Shown piece by piece: positions 40,607-50,451 of a stretch of 64,000 nucleotides of DNA. Both the position numbers and the translations under genes were made by a program. The notes beneath the pieces are model-generated. The model did not search any database and was not told where the DNA came from. It saw only the letters and a list, made by a program, of their open reading frames with translations. How positions within the stretch are numbered: position 1 is the first letter of the stretch; each line of letters opens with the position of its first letter. The stretch is from an uncultured Enterobacterales bacterium (lineage in GTDB: Bacteria > Pseudomonadota > Gammaproteobacteria > Enterobacterales > Succinivibrionaceae): the NCBI GenBank assembly GCA_964424565.1, contig CAYRIZ010000001.1, positions 27,450-91,449 of the forward strand. The letters run 5' to 3'.

Positions 40607-40784
40607 CTCCTGCGGTCTGTTCCCGCACCACGTGCATTTTTTGTCTTTCTGACTGCCAAACTGCAAACCAAATCAAGAAATTTACATGCAAAATAGATTA
40701 GACTTGCAGGGCAGGATTGTTTTGCAGTGAAAAACATAAAGAAAAACTTTTTCAGAACAAAAAACCACAAGAGGAACAACATCT

Positions 40785-42029
40785 ATGTCCGGCGTGATGG
40801 GCATGATTTTGGCAGGCGGCAGCGGTGATCTGCTGATGCCTCTGACCAAATCGCGCAGCAAGCCCGCGATTCCCTTTGGCGGCAGCTATCGTCTTATTGA
40901 TTTTGTACTCAACAATTTCGTCAATTCCGGCATCATCCGGCTGTTTGTGATCACGCAGTACAAGTCTCAGTCCCTTTATCTGCATCTCAAGGACGGCTGG
41001 CAGGTCAGCGGCATCCCCGGCTGTTTCATCGATGCCATACCCGCCCAGATGCGTACCGGTACCGGCTGGTATCAGGGTACGGCTGATGCCGTCTTTCAGA
41101 ACCTCACCTTTATAGAAGAGCGCTTCCCCGAGCATGTATGTGTATTCGGGGCCGATCACATCTGCAAGATGGATATCAGGCAGATCCTGGACTATCATCA
41201 TGCCGTGCAGGCCGATCTCACCGTAGCCGCCGTCCGCATACCCAGTGCCGTGGCCGCCGGCCGTTTCGGCGTCATAGAGGTGGACATGGAAGGCCGCATG
41301 ATAGGCTTTACCGAAAAACCGCAGTTCCCGCGGGAAATTCCCGGCGATCCCGGGTACAGCCTGGTGTCCACCGGCAATTACATCTTCAGGGCTGAGGTGC
41401 TTTCAGCCGAGTTGCATTTTGATGCGGCCAACCCGCACAGCAGCCACGATTTTGGCAGTGATATCATTCCCCATCTCTATCCGCGCGGCAATGTCTATGT
41501 CTACGACATCTCCAACAATGTCATCAAGGGCGAAAAAGGTGAAGTCTACTGGCGCGATGTAGGCTCAATTGATGCCTACTGGGATGCCCATATGGATCTG
41601 CTGGGAGAAAATCCTCCCTTCTCCCTGTTCAATCCGCAGTGGCCGCTGCATACTTATTATCCGCCGCTGCCCCCGGCTGCCTTTACCGACACGCAGCAGC
41701 ACCGCTGTGCCGTCTCTCAGTCCATGATCTCCGCCGGCTGCCGTATAGAGGGTGCGGACATAGTCAAATCCGTGCTGGGTTTCTGCTGCACCGCCGGCGA
41801 CGGCGCCGTGGTGGAGGAGAGTGTGCTCAACGGCAATGTCACCATAGGCAGCGGCTGCCGCATCAGAAGAGCAGTCATAGACCGCGGTGCCGAGCTGGCC
41901 CCGGGTTTCTGCCTGGGCATAGACCCAAAGCAGGATCGCAAACTGATTGATCCCAACAATATTAATGGTCCGCATATTTCGGACCGAGGCATCATCGTCA
42001 TTCCCCGGGGCATGAAGCTGGGCTTCTGA
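40785..42029 (+). CDS. Divergent glucose-1-phosphate adenylyltransferase paralog with a degenerate glycine-rich loop
   Basis: 414 aa. GMILAGGSGDLLMPLTKSRSKPAIPFGGSYRLIDFVLNNFVNSGI, FGADHICKMD, FTEKP and a left-handed beta-helix C-terminus show the GlgC fold. GGRGxRL is replaced by GGSGDLL. Located directly upstream of glgA. Confidence 0.85.
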   Translation: MSGVMGMILAGGSGDLLMPLTKSRSKPAIPFGGSYRLIDFVLNNFVNSGIIRLFVITQYKSQSLYLHLKDGWQVSGIPGCFIDAIPAQMRTGTGWYQGTADAVFQNLTFIEERFPEHVCVFGADHICKMDIRQILDYHHAVQADLTVAAVRIPSAVAAGRFGVIEVDMEGRMIGFTEKPQFPREIPGDPGYSLVSTGNYIFRAEVLSAELHFDAANPHSSHDFGSDIIPHLYPRGNVYVYDISNNVIKGEKGEVYWRDVGSIDAYWDAHMDLLGENPPFSLFNPQWPLHTYYPPLPPAAFTDTQQHRCAVSQSMISAGCRIEGADIVKSVLGFCCTAGDGAVVEESVLNGNVTIGSGCRIRRAVIDRGAELAPGFCLGIDPKQDRKLIDPNNINGPHISDRGIIVIPRGMKLGF

Positions 42030-42120
42030 CCTGGGCAAAGACGTGTGAAATTTTGTTTGTATTTGACACAAGGCCGGAGCTGATGCTCTGCCCTGACTTA
42101 AAAAAATAAGAGAGGCTCTC

Positions 42121-43578
42121 TTGAATATTTTATTTATCTCCTCTGAAATTGCAGGTCTTATCAAAACCGGCGGTCTGGCCGACGTGGCAAAAGCTCTGCC
42201 CTGTCAATTGAAGGCAAACGGTCATGATGTCAGATTGGTAATGCCCTGCTACAGCCTGGTCAAAGGGGCTTTTGACCTGCCCATCATCGCTACCGGTTGC
42301 CTCAATGAAGGCAGTTCACAGCAGATGGAATATGCTGTGCGCCAGACCTTTATCGGGGATGAAAAAGTCGAAGTATGGATGATCGACTACCGAATGTACT
42401 ATGAGAGAACATCCATCTACGGCGACAACAATCAGGCCTACGGTGACAATGGCGAGCGCTTTGCCTTCCTGGCTGCCGCCGCCCTTGATGCCGCCTGGCG
42501 CATGCAGTTCCAGCCGGACATAGTGCACTGCAATGACTGGCATGCCGCCCTGGCCCCGATGATCCTGCGCTTCAAGTACGGCTCCACCCCCTTCTTTGAC
42601 CGCACCCGTTCCCTGATCACCATACACAATGGCGCCTTCCAGGGCGTGTTCGACCGCAATCAGGTCCGTTTCCTGCCTGAGATCGCTTCCTACTACAACG
42701 ATCAGATCATGCAGGGCTCCTACATCAACTTCCTCAAGTGCGGCGTGTTCTTTGCCGACAAGATCAACACCGTGTCCCCGGGTTATGCCGCCGAGCTGGT
42801 CACCTATCTGGGCGGCCACGGCATGGCCAAGAACTTCCAGGACCGCGCCAGGGATCTGGTGGGCATCATCAACGGCTGCGACTACAGCGACTGGGATCCG
42901 TCCACCGACAAGCACCTGAAGATCAATTACGATTCCACCACCATGGAAGAGAAAGTGCTGGGCAAATATCTGCTGCAGCGCGATCTGGGCCTGCCTATGT
43001 GCGATGCCCCGCTTTACGGCATGGTAGCCCGCCTGACCGATCAGAAGGGTGTAGGACTGCTGCTGCCCATCCTTGACCGCTTCCTGCAGCATAAGGTGCA
43101 GGTGGTAATCGAAGGCACAGGTGATCCGGTGTTTGAAAAGAAGATGAGCGATCTGGCTGCCCGCTATCCGGACAAGATGCGCTTCCTGCCCAAATACGAC
43201 AATGCCCTGGCCCATCAGATCGAAGCCGGCTCCGACTTCTTCCTGATGCCTTCCATCTTTGAGCCCTGCGGCCTCAATCAGATCTACTCCCTGGCCTATG
43301 CCACCCTGCCTATAGTGCGTGCCGTAGGCGGTCTTAAGGACACCGTGACCGACTACGATGCCAATCGCGAGCACGGCAACGGCTTTATGTTCTATGATGC
43401 CAATCCCGAGGAGCTGCTCTCCCTGCTGCGCCGCACCCTGATCTTCTATCTGGAAGATCCTGCCGAAATGCGCCGCATCAAGCAGAATGCCATGCACACC
43501 CGCTTCCTGTGGAAGGACAGCTGCAAGCTCTACGAAGATCTCTATCAGCAGGCTCTGACCAAGCCCAAGTGGTGGTAA
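42121..43578 (+). CDS. glgA: Glycogen synthase (ADP-glucose type)
   Basis: (M)NILFISSEIAGLIKTGGLADVAKALP, HCNDWH, PSIFEPCGLNQIY. 485 aa. The start codon is TTG at 42121. Confidence 0.95.
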   Translation: MNILFISSEIAGLIKTGGLADVAKALPCQLKANGHDVRLVMPCYSLVKGAFDLPIIATGCLNEGSSQQMEYAVRQTFIGDEKVEVWMIDYRMYYERTSIYGDNNQAYGDNGERFAFLAAAALDAAWRMQFQPDIVHCNDWHAALAPMILRFKYGSTPFFDRTRSLITIHNGAFQGVFDRNQVRFLPEIASYYNDQIMQGSYINFLKCGVFFADKINTVSPGYAAELVTYLGGHGMAKNFQDRARDLVGIINGCDYSDWDPSTDKHLKINYDSTTMEEKVLGKYLLQRDLGLPMCDAPLYGMVARLTDQKGVGLLLPILDRFLQHKVQVVIEGTGDPVFEKKMSDLAARYPDKMRFLPKYDNALAHQIEAGSDFFLMPSIFEPCGLNQIYSLAYATLPIVRAVGGLKDTVTDYDANREHGNGFMFYDANPEELLSLLRRTLIFYLEDPAEMRRIKQNAMHTRFLWKDSCKLYEDLYQQALTKPKWW

Positions 43579-43605
43579 GCAGTTTTTCTGCTCCATCAGC
43601 TGCAG

Positions 43606-43634
43606 CCGCCTCCTCAGGGAGGCGGTTTTGTTTT
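43606..43634 (+). terminator. Rho-independent terminator of glgA
   Basis: ccgcctcc (43606..43613) pairs with ggaggcgg (43618..43625) across a 4 nt loop, followed by TTTTGTTTT. Confidence 0.7.
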
Positions 43635-43677
43635 GAGGGGTGGGAAAAGTAAAGGTTAAGGCCGCACCGGCGGGCCG

Positions 43678-44601
43678 TCAGTAAGGCCAGGTAAAGGCCG
43701 GCGGGTGATCTGCGGGGGTATTTGCGGGATCTTCCTGGGATTGGGATTCGGCAGGATCTGCTGCAGCAGGCTCTGCTGCAAGATAACAGCTCTCCCGGGC
43801 CGCGCTGAGGCTGGCTTCCAGAGCGCGCAAAGTTTCCGCCCGGCGCTGCCTGACCCCGGAGATTAGAATCTCCAATGCCGCCAGCTGCGCCAGGCGCGGG
43901 CTCTGCAGCTGATTGCCGTCAGCATCCGCCCGGCTGCAGTACAAATTCAAGCCTCCGCAGGCGGCCAGGGCGCTGTCGCGCGGACAGAGGGCTATCACCG
44001 CCGCCCCGCCGCGTACGGCCTGCTGCACGGCCTGCACCACAGGCCTGTTCTGGCCGGTGGCAGAAATGGCCAGCAGCAGCTCGCCCGGGCGCAGCACCGC
44101 ACTGACCTGAGCGAGCTGTGTGCTGTCGGACACTATTTCGCAGCTCAGCCCCAAAGAGAGCATCCGGGCCTGCAGGAACATGGCAGCCGGCAGGGACAGG
44201 CCCCCGGCGGCCACCACCAGGCGCCTCGACTTACTGATTAAATCCGCAGCGCGGGCGGCTGCCCGGCAGTCCAGGGTACGACCCAGCTCTTTTAGGGCCG
44301 ACACGGCACTGTCCAGGACCCTGGCGGTCAGCTCATTCATGCTGTCGCCGGGGCTGACCTGGTGGTGGGCAGAGGAGAGCTCGGCTGACAGCAGCTGCCT
44401 GAAGGCAGGAAAGCCGTCAGCACCAAAAGCCCGGCAGAAGCGGTATACAGTAGGCTCGGATACTCCGGCCCGCAGGGCCAGCGTGGTGATATTCTCCCCT
44501 GCTGTCCGGGCCGGATCGGCCAGCACGGCGGCGGCAATTTTGCGTTCCGATCTGGTAAGCCCGCTCAGGCGGGCTGTTATGCTGTCCAGCAGACTGCCCA
44601 C
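43678..44601 (-). CDS. RpiR/MurR-family transcriptional regulator (HTH + SIS domain)
   Basis: LSGLTRSERKIAAAVLADPARTAGENITTLALRAGVSEPTVYRFCRAFGADGFPAFR is the HTH_6 domain, followed by a SIS-like region (LVVAAGGLS...AISATGQN). Confidence 0.85.
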   Translation of the reverse strand: MGSLLDSITARLSGLTRSERKIAAAVLADPARTAGENITTLALRAGVSEPTVYRFCRAFGADGFPAFRQLLSAELSSAHHQVSPGDSMNELTARVLDSAVSALKELGRTLDCRAAARAADLISKSRRLVVAAGGLSLPAAMFLQARMLSLGLSCEIVSDSTQLAQVSAVLRPGELLLAISATGQNRPVVQAVQQAVRGGAAVIALCPRDSALAACGGLNLYCSRADADGNQLQSPRLAQLAALEILISGVRQRRAETLRALEASLSAARESCYLAAEPAAADPAESQSQEDPANTPADHPPAFTWPY

Positions 44602-44604
44602 TTT

Positions 44605-46038
44605 TTAATCCTGTACAGGCTTCTCCCCGGCCCGGGCTGCCCGGCGGGCCCGCTTGGCGGCAAAGTCAGGTTTGCCCTTGTTCTTCTTGTCGCGCCAGCG
44701 CTCCTTGACCTTCTTTTTGGACTCATCCTTGTCATCCCGGTGTTTGCGGTCAAAGCCGCCGTGTCCGCCCAGGGAGGCCCGGGTGGGCTTTTTGACCGGC
44801 AGGGTCTTTTCCACCGGGAAAGCGGCGCAGACATTTTTAATCTGTCTCTTTTCAATTTCCCGGCCGGTGTAGCGCTCAATGCGCTCCAGCAGCGGCAGTT
44901 CATTGCGCTCCACCAGGCTGATCACCGTGCCGCGGCTGCCGGCGCGGGCAGTACGGCCGGCGCGGTGCACATAAATATCGGCGCGGGCGGGTAAATCGAA
45001 ATTGTAAACCTGCTGCACATCGCTGATATCCAGGCCGCGGGCGGCTACATCCGTGGCCACCAGCATGCTCACTTCATTTTCCTTGAAGCGGCGCAGGGCG
45101 GCGCGGCGCTCGGTGATGTTCATGTCACCTTCCAGGGAGGCTGTTCTGATCCCCAGCCGGCGCAGGAAGCGGCAGACTTCACTGACCCTATCGCGGGTGC
45201 GCACAAAGATCATGGCCTTGCCGGCGGCCGTGCGCAGCAGATGACCGAGAATATTGTATTTCTGCTGCGGGGTGGCCGCGTAATAGGCCCGGGAGGACAG
45301 CAGCTCAGGCAGCTTTTCATCCTCCTCCCCGCCGGCGCCTATATGCACCTCAAAGGGATCGTTTAACACCTGAGCGGCAAAATCGCGTACCCCTGCTCCT
45401 TCCAGGGTGGCGGAAAAGAGCATGGTCTGATAACGCCGATCGGTGGCACGTACTATGGCGGCCACTTCATCGCGAAAGCCCAGATCGAGCATGCGATCGG
45501 CTTCATCTATGATCAGCAGTTCCACCTTATCGGTTTTGAAGCTGCCCTTGCCTATAAATTCATTGAGGCGGCCGGGAGTGGCCACCACTATGCAGCCGCA
45601 GGCGGCCTGCTGAATGTCGCGGCCCTCACCGCCTATGACTGTATAGGCCTGAAAATGCGACCAGTCCTGCCCGGCCCGATCGGCGGCATCGGCTGCCTCT
45701 TCATCTTCCTCCCAGCGGGCGGTACCGGCCTGCACCGCTTCCCGCAGAGCTGCGCACAGGGCATTGGCATCGGTACAGACCTGCTGCGCCAGCTCGCGCG
45801 TAGGCTCCAGGATCAGGGCGCGCACGCCGCCTGCCTGCGGGTTTTCGCTCAGTCTGGCCAATATTGGCAGCAGAAAAGCGGCAGTCTTGCCGGTGCCGGT
45901 GGGGGCACCGCCCAGAATATCCGAGCCCGCCAGTGCCGGGGGAATGACCAGGGTTTGTATGGGAGTGGGACTGCTCCAGCCCCGGGCTTTCACGGCCTCC
46001 AGTACATCCAGAGGCAGACCTAATTCAGCAAATTCCAT
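44605..46038 (-). CDS. srmB: DEAD-box ATP-dependent RNA helicase, SrmB-like
   Basis: Q motif and GAPTGTGKTAAF, PTRELA, IIDEADRMLD, FSATLEG, ATDVAARGLD, HRAGRTARAG and a basic C-terminal tail; colinear with E. coli SrmB except for an acidic insertion of about 30 aa after motif Ia. Confidence 0.85.
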   Translation of the reverse strand: MEFAELGLPLDVLEAVKARGWSSPTPIQTLVIPPALAGSDILGGAPTGTGKTAAFLLPILARLSENPQAGGVRALILEPTRELAQQVCTDANALCAALREAVQAGTARWEEDEEAADAADRAGQDWSHFQAYTVIGGEGRDIQQAACGCIVVATPGRLNEFIGKGSFKTDKVELLIIDEADRMLDLGFRDEVAAIVRATDRRYQTMLFSATLEGAGVRDFAAQVLNDPFEVHIGAGGEEDEKLPELLSSRAYYAATPQQKYNILGHLLRTAAGKAMIFVRTRDRVSEVCRFLRRLGIRTASLEGDMNITERRAALRRFKENEVSMLVATDVAARGLDISDVQQVYNFDLPARADIYVHRAGRTARAGSRGTVISLVERNELPLLERIERYTGREIEKRQIKNVCAAFPVEKTLPVKKPTRASLGGHGGFDRKHRDDKDESKKKVKERWRDKKNKGKPDFAAKRARRAARAGEKPVQD

Positions 46039-46094
46039 TAAATTTCGCTCTCACAGCTTAGCAGTTTGCTTATATGTGTGTTACGCCGCCGGGA

Positions 46095-46364
46095 TTAGAC
46101 CCCTTCCACGCCGCGCCGGCCTTCATGACATTTGATGATGAAATCCACCATCTGCTGCCGGCGGGCAGTATCCGGAGCGGCCGTGCCGTGCAGCCAGCGG
46201 AAGAGCTCCAGATCGGAGGCGGAGAGCAGATCCATGTAATCGGCAATCACCTCTTCACTGCACTGCGGCAAATCATGCTCCACAAAAGGCAGCAGCATCA
46301 AATCCAGCTCGCGCATGCCGCGCCGCGACTGCCAGCGGATGCGTCCCCAGTTAATATCAGCCAT
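46095..46364 (-). CDS. sdhE: FAD assembly factor SdhE
   Basis: MADINWGRIRWQSRRGMRELDLMLLPFVEH...LELFRWL contains the RGxxE motif. 89 aa versus 88 aa in E. coli. ATG 46364 is preceded by GGGAGGA. Confidence 0.85.
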   Translation of the reverse strand: MADINWGRIRWQSRRGMRELDLMLLPFVEHDLPQCSEEVIADYMDLLSASDLELFRWLHGTAAPDTARRQQMVDFIIKCHEGRRGVEGV

Positions 46365-46374
46365 ACCATCCTCC

Positions 46375-47169
46375 CTATACTGCCACCGGGGCTTTGATAA
46401 CCGGCCAGGGGTCATAGCCCTGCAGCACAAAATCCTCAAACTCATAGCTGAAAATATCAACCGGCCGGCGCGCAATTTCCATCTGGGGCAGAGCCCGCGG
46501 GGTACGCGAGAGCTGCTCCCGGCACTGCTCGAAGTGATTGTGATAAATATGAGTGTCGCCGCCGGTCCAGACAAATTCTCCCGGCTGCAGATCGCACTGC
46601 TGAGCCAGCATCATGGTCAGCAGCGAGTAGCTGGCAATATTGAACGGCACCCCCAAAAAGAAATCGCAGCTGCGCTGATACAGCAGGCAGGAGAGCCGGC
46701 CTGATGCCACATAGAATTGAAACAGCACATGACAGGGCGGCAGCGCCATGTCATCCACCTGCGCGGCATTCCAGGCATTGACCAGCAGGCGCCTGCTGTT
46801 GGGATTGTGTTTGATCTGCTCTACCACCGCGCTGATCTGATCTACCTTGCGGCCGTCCGGGCCGTCCCAGGAGCGCCACTGATGGCCGTAAACCGGGCCC
46901 AGATTGCCTTCTGCATCCGCCCATTCGTCCCAGATGGAGACCTTATGATCATGCAGATATTTGATGTTGGTATCGCCCTGCAGAAACCACAATAGCTCAT
47001 AGATAATGGAGCGCAGATGTACTTTTTTGGTAGTCAGCAGCGGAAAGCCCTGCTGCAGATCAAAACGCATCTGTGTCCCGAAGATGGAGCGCGTTCCGGT
47101 ATGAGTGCGGTCATCGCGATCCACACCCTCTTCCAGAATCCGGCGCATCAAATCCAAATACTGTTTCAT
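46375..47169 (-). CDS. thyA: Thymidylate synthase
   Basis: [31 protein letters not shown]...[11 protein letters not shown]...[19 protein letters not shown]. 264 aa, the same as E. coli ThyA. Start at ATG 47169. Confidence 0.97.
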   Translation of the reverse strand: MKQYLDLMRRILEEGVDRDDRTHTGTRSIFGTQMRFDLQQGFPLLTTKKVHLRSIIYELLWFLQGDTNIKYLHDHKVSIWDEWADAEGNLGPVYGHQWRSWDGPDGRKVDQISAVVEQIKHNPNSRRLLVNAWNAAQVDDMALPPCHVLFQFYVASGRLSCLLYQRSCDFFLGVPFNIASYSLLTMMLAQQCDLQPGEFVWTGGDTHIYHNHFEQCREQLSRTPRALPQMEIARRPVDIFSYEFEDFVLQGYDPWPVIKAPVAV

Positions 47170-47263
47170 GTAAGTCCTCACAGCCCGGGCACGTCAACTC
47201 CTCTCCCGCTGCTGCCCTGCGGCAGCAGCAGAAGGGGCAAAAGTGCGGCGGACCGGTAAATTT

Positions 47264-49603
47264 TTATCTGCCGTGCCGGCCTTCCGCGCTGATCTCAGGC
47301 AGCGACTCGGTGGCTACCTGATAGGCCTTTTTCTGCGCCTCATAAAAATCAATGGCCGCCGTCAGTCCCTTGGATTTGGCGTAATTGACAAAGAGATCGC
47401 GTATGGCCTGCGGATCGGACAGCTCCAGCGCCAGCCCGCGCATGGCCTGCAGTTCAGCCCAGCTGACCCGGCGCAGCATATATTTGACCCTGGCCAGCTC
47501 GGAGTAATTCATGCTCAGATGATCATAGCCCAGCGCCAGCAGCAGCAGTACGCCCAGGCCGGAGCCGGCCAGCTCACCGCATACTGAAATGCGCTTGTTG
47601 TACTGTGCCGCCTTGCGGGACAGCCAGGCCAGGCAGCGCACCACAGCCGGATGGAAGGGATCGTAGAAACGCTGTACCCGGGCATTGGAGCGGTCCACGG
47701 CCAGCAGATACTGCATCAAGTCGTTGGAGCCTATGGACAGGAAATCCACTTCATTGATGATGTCATCCAGGATGCAGATGAGGCCAGGCACCTCCACCAT
47801 CACGCCAAAGCGCGGCAGCGGGAAGCTGTGCCCCAGCTCCGAGCACAGGGCAGCGGATTCCTGCACCAGCATCCGGCGGACAAAGTAGATTTCATCTGGC
47901 CTGGAGACCATGGGGATCATGATCTCCAAATTGCCGCTGTGCTGCTGGGCGCGCAGCATGGCCCGCAGCTGCGTGCGCAGGATCTGCGGATTGTCTATGG
48001 TGACGCGCACACCGCGCCAGCCAAAGGCCGGATTGGCTTCCTTTATGGGCAGATAAGGCAGAGACTTGTCCGAGCCTACATCCAAAGTGCGCATGCACAC
48101 CGGTTTGCCGGCAAATTGATCCAGCAGCGAGACATACCACTCATACTGCTGCTGCTCGGTGGGGAAGGACTGCGTGAGCATAAAGGAGATCTCAGTGCGG
48201 TACAGTCCTATGCCGTCGGTGACCAAAGCCACCTTGTTGTTCCAGTCCTGATGATTGAGTCCGGCATTGAGCTGTACCTGTATGCGCCTGCCGTCTATGG
48301 TGACCGGTTCCTGTTCCAGCTCATGGCCGAAGAGATCGGACTGCTGTCTGTCCTGTCCTATCAGCTCGGAGAATTCATCCACCACTGAAGGCGGCGGATC
48401 GAGCAGGATTTCACAGCGCCTGCCGTCCAAAATCAGCGTATGCCCGTCTATGGCACTCAAATCCAGATTTACCCCGAGCACGGCCGGGATGCCCAGATCG
48501 CGCGCCAGGATCATGGTGTGCGCACTCATGGTGCCGGAGACGGCCACAAAACCGGCTATCTTGTCGCGCGGCAGTTCGGCTATCATGGCCGCAGGCATGC
48601 TGTCCACCACCAGGATCACCTGGCCCTGAATTTCAAAATCGCGGGCGGAGGCCTGCACCAGGCGGGAGATCAGCACCTGGGCAAAATCGCGTATATCGCT
48701 GTACTCCTCCTCATCCTGCCGCTCGCGGGCCGCCTCCAGGCGCTCCCCTATGACCAGCTTGATGGCCGAGGAGGCCAGCAGTCCCTTATCATTGATGCGC
48801 TCGTCCACCTCATCCTGAAAGGTAGGATCATCCAGCAGCCGGCCGTAGCTGGACATATAGCCGCACAGGGCGCTGGATTTTTCATCCTCCTGCATCTTCA
48901 GGGAGGCGCGGTCCATTTCCACCTGCAGCTGGAACATGGTCTGATGGAACAGCTCCACCTGCAGCAGGGGATCGTCGCTGTGCAGAATTTTGACCTGATC
49001 TATGGATACGGAAGGCTGCCAGACCAGGGCCCTGGCTATGGCCAGGCCGCCGGTGCCGGACTCGCCGTGGAAGCGGCGGATATTGTGCTCTTCATCCACC
49101 TCTACCGTGCGGTTCATGGCTATGATGGAGGCAATCTGCACGCTCAGGGTCAGCATGAAGTACTCTTCATTGGCCCCGAACTGCCGCTGCTCGCGGCTTT
49201 GTATGACCAGCACGCCCAGCAGATCGCTCTGATTGATTACCGGCACTCCCAAAAAGGAGTGAAATTCATCTTCACCTACATCAGGCAGATATTTGAAGTT
49301 GGGGTGCGAGAAGGCATCGGCCAGATCCAGCATCTCGCGGCGCTTGCCCACCACGCCCACCAGGCCCTCGCCTGACTTGAGCACAGCCTTGCCCACAGCT
49401 TCCTGGGCCAGACCGTCAGTGGCACGCAGCCGGAAACGGTCGCGCAGGCTCTCATACAGATAAAGCGAACAGCAGTCAGCGCCGGTGGCCTTTCTGATCT
49501 GCCTGACCAAAATCTGTACAGCCTTTTCCAGGCTTTGTTCCGCTGCCACCGCTTCCGTGATTTGACGCAGGGCAAGCAGCAGTTCACTCTGTCTTTCGTC
49601 CAT
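47264..49603 (-). CDS. ptsP: Phosphoenolpyruvate-protein phosphotransferase PtsP (EI-Ntr, GAF domain)
   Basis: N-terminal GAF region (CCSLYLYESLRDRFRLRATDGL) followed by the Enzyme I core (GGLAIARA, SAHTMILARDLGIPAV, GLYRTE, FLSIGSNDLMQY). ATG 49603 lies 1 nt after the rppH stop. Confidence 0.92.
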   Translation of the reverse strand: MDERQSELLLALRQITEAVAAEQSLEKAVQILVRQIRKATGADCCSLYLYESLRDRFRLRATDGLAQEAVGKAVLKSGEGLVGVVGKRREMLDLADAFSHPNFKYLPDVGEDEFHSFLGVPVINQSDLLGVLVIQSREQRQFGANEEYFMLTLSVQIASIIAMNRTVEVDEEHNIRRFHGESGTGGLAIARALVWQPSVSIDQVKILHSDDPLLQVELFHQTMFQLQVEMDRASLKMQEDEKSSALCGYMSSYGRLLDDPTFQDEVDERINDKGLLASSAIKLVIGERLEAARERQDEEEYSDIRDFAQVLISRLVQASARDFEIQGQVILVVDSMPAAMIAELPRDKIAGFVAVSGTMSAHTMILARDLGIPAVLGVNLDLSAIDGHTLILDGRRCEILLDPPPSVVDEFSELIGQDRQQSDLFGHELEQEPVTIDGRRIQVQLNAGLNHQDWNNKVALVTDGIGLYRTEISFMLTQSFPTEQQQYEWYVSLLDQFAGKPVCMRTLDVGSDKSLPYLPIKEANPAFGWRGVRVTIDNPQILRTQLRAMLRAQQHSGNLEIMIPMVSRPDEIYFVRRMLVQESAALCSELGHSFPLPRFGVMVEVPGLICILDDIINEVDFLSIGSNDLMQYLLAVDRSNARVQRFYDPFHPAVVRCLAWLSRKAAQYNKRISVCGELAGSGLGVLLLLALGYDHLSMNYSELARVKYMLRRVSWAELQAMRGLALELSDPQAIRDLFVNYAKSKGLTAAIDFYEAQKKAYQVATESLPEISAEGRHGR

Positions 49604-49604
49604 G

Positions 49605-50141
49605 TTAATAATTACCTCCGCGTGTCCTGCCCCGGTATGTCCGCATTTCTGCAGACAGAGGCTTGCCGAATAATGCCGTCGGCGCAAATTCTGTCAGTAT
49701 TCTCCGATAAACATCGCGCTTGAACGCAATAACCTGCCGCACCGGATACCAGTAAGACACCCAGCGCCAGTCATCAAACTCAGGATGACCTTCACGATTA
49801 AAGCGGATATCAAACTGTTTTTCCGCGGTCAGGGACAGCAGAAACCATTTTTGTTTCTGCCCCAGACACACCGGATCGTCCGTCCAGCGGATCAGACGCT
49901 TGGGCAGACGATATTTATGCCAGAAGCGTGACTGTCCGAGGAGCCTGACATCACTGCGGCTTAATCCCAGCTCTTCATAGAGTTCACGGTACATGGCCTC
50001 CAGGGGCTCCTCCCCTTCATTCAGACCACCCTGCGGGAACTGCCACGAATTCTGCCTGACACGGCGTGCCCACAGCACCTGAGCGTTGCGGTTGCAGATC
50101 ACTATGCCCACATTGGGTCTGTATCCATCCTCATCGATCAC
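49605..50141 (-). CDS. rppH: RNA pyrophosphohydrolase
   Basis: [17 protein letters not shown]...[28 protein letters not shown] is the Nudix box in an RppH/NudH context, upstream of ptsP. Confidence 0.95.
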   Translation of the reverse strand: MIDEDGYRPNVGIVICNRNAQVLWARRVRQNSWQFPQGGLNEGEEPLEAMYRELYEELGLSRSDVRLLGQSRFWHKYRLPKRLIRWTDDPVCLGQKQKWFLLSLTAEKQFDIRFNREGHPEFDDWRWVSYWYPVRQVIAFKRDVYRRILTEFAPTALFGKPLSAEMRTYRGRTRGGNY

Positions 50142-50451
50142 AAAAACCGCCTAGTTCTGCCTCAAACTTTCAGGCCTGCAGGCCCAAAAGCATATGCTTT
50201 CATTCTCTTATTATTGATATTATCGCACAGAGATAAACCTTTGATTAGGGCCGCAGCCCGTGCGATAACATTGTTTTTTCATTACTCTGTTCTGGTTACA
50301 GCTTAACAAAAAATCAAAGCCCCGGGGCAGCAGATCCGCTCTCCTCCGGCGGGCTGATACTGCAGTCCAGGGCCGCAGAAAATGACGCCGCCTGCCTGCA
50401 GTATGCTGTAATAAGGGAAGTCCCCCAGATAAGACAGGAGCACCAGAGAAA

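Noticed and set aside
42316-43596. 426 aa ORF on the minus strand covering almost all of glgA
   Set aside because: It is antisense to a gene with unambiguous GlgA motifs. Its translation is low complexity (Gly/Ala/Val/Gln/His-rich) with no recognisable motif. Long antisense ORFs are expected in GC-rich coding DNA.
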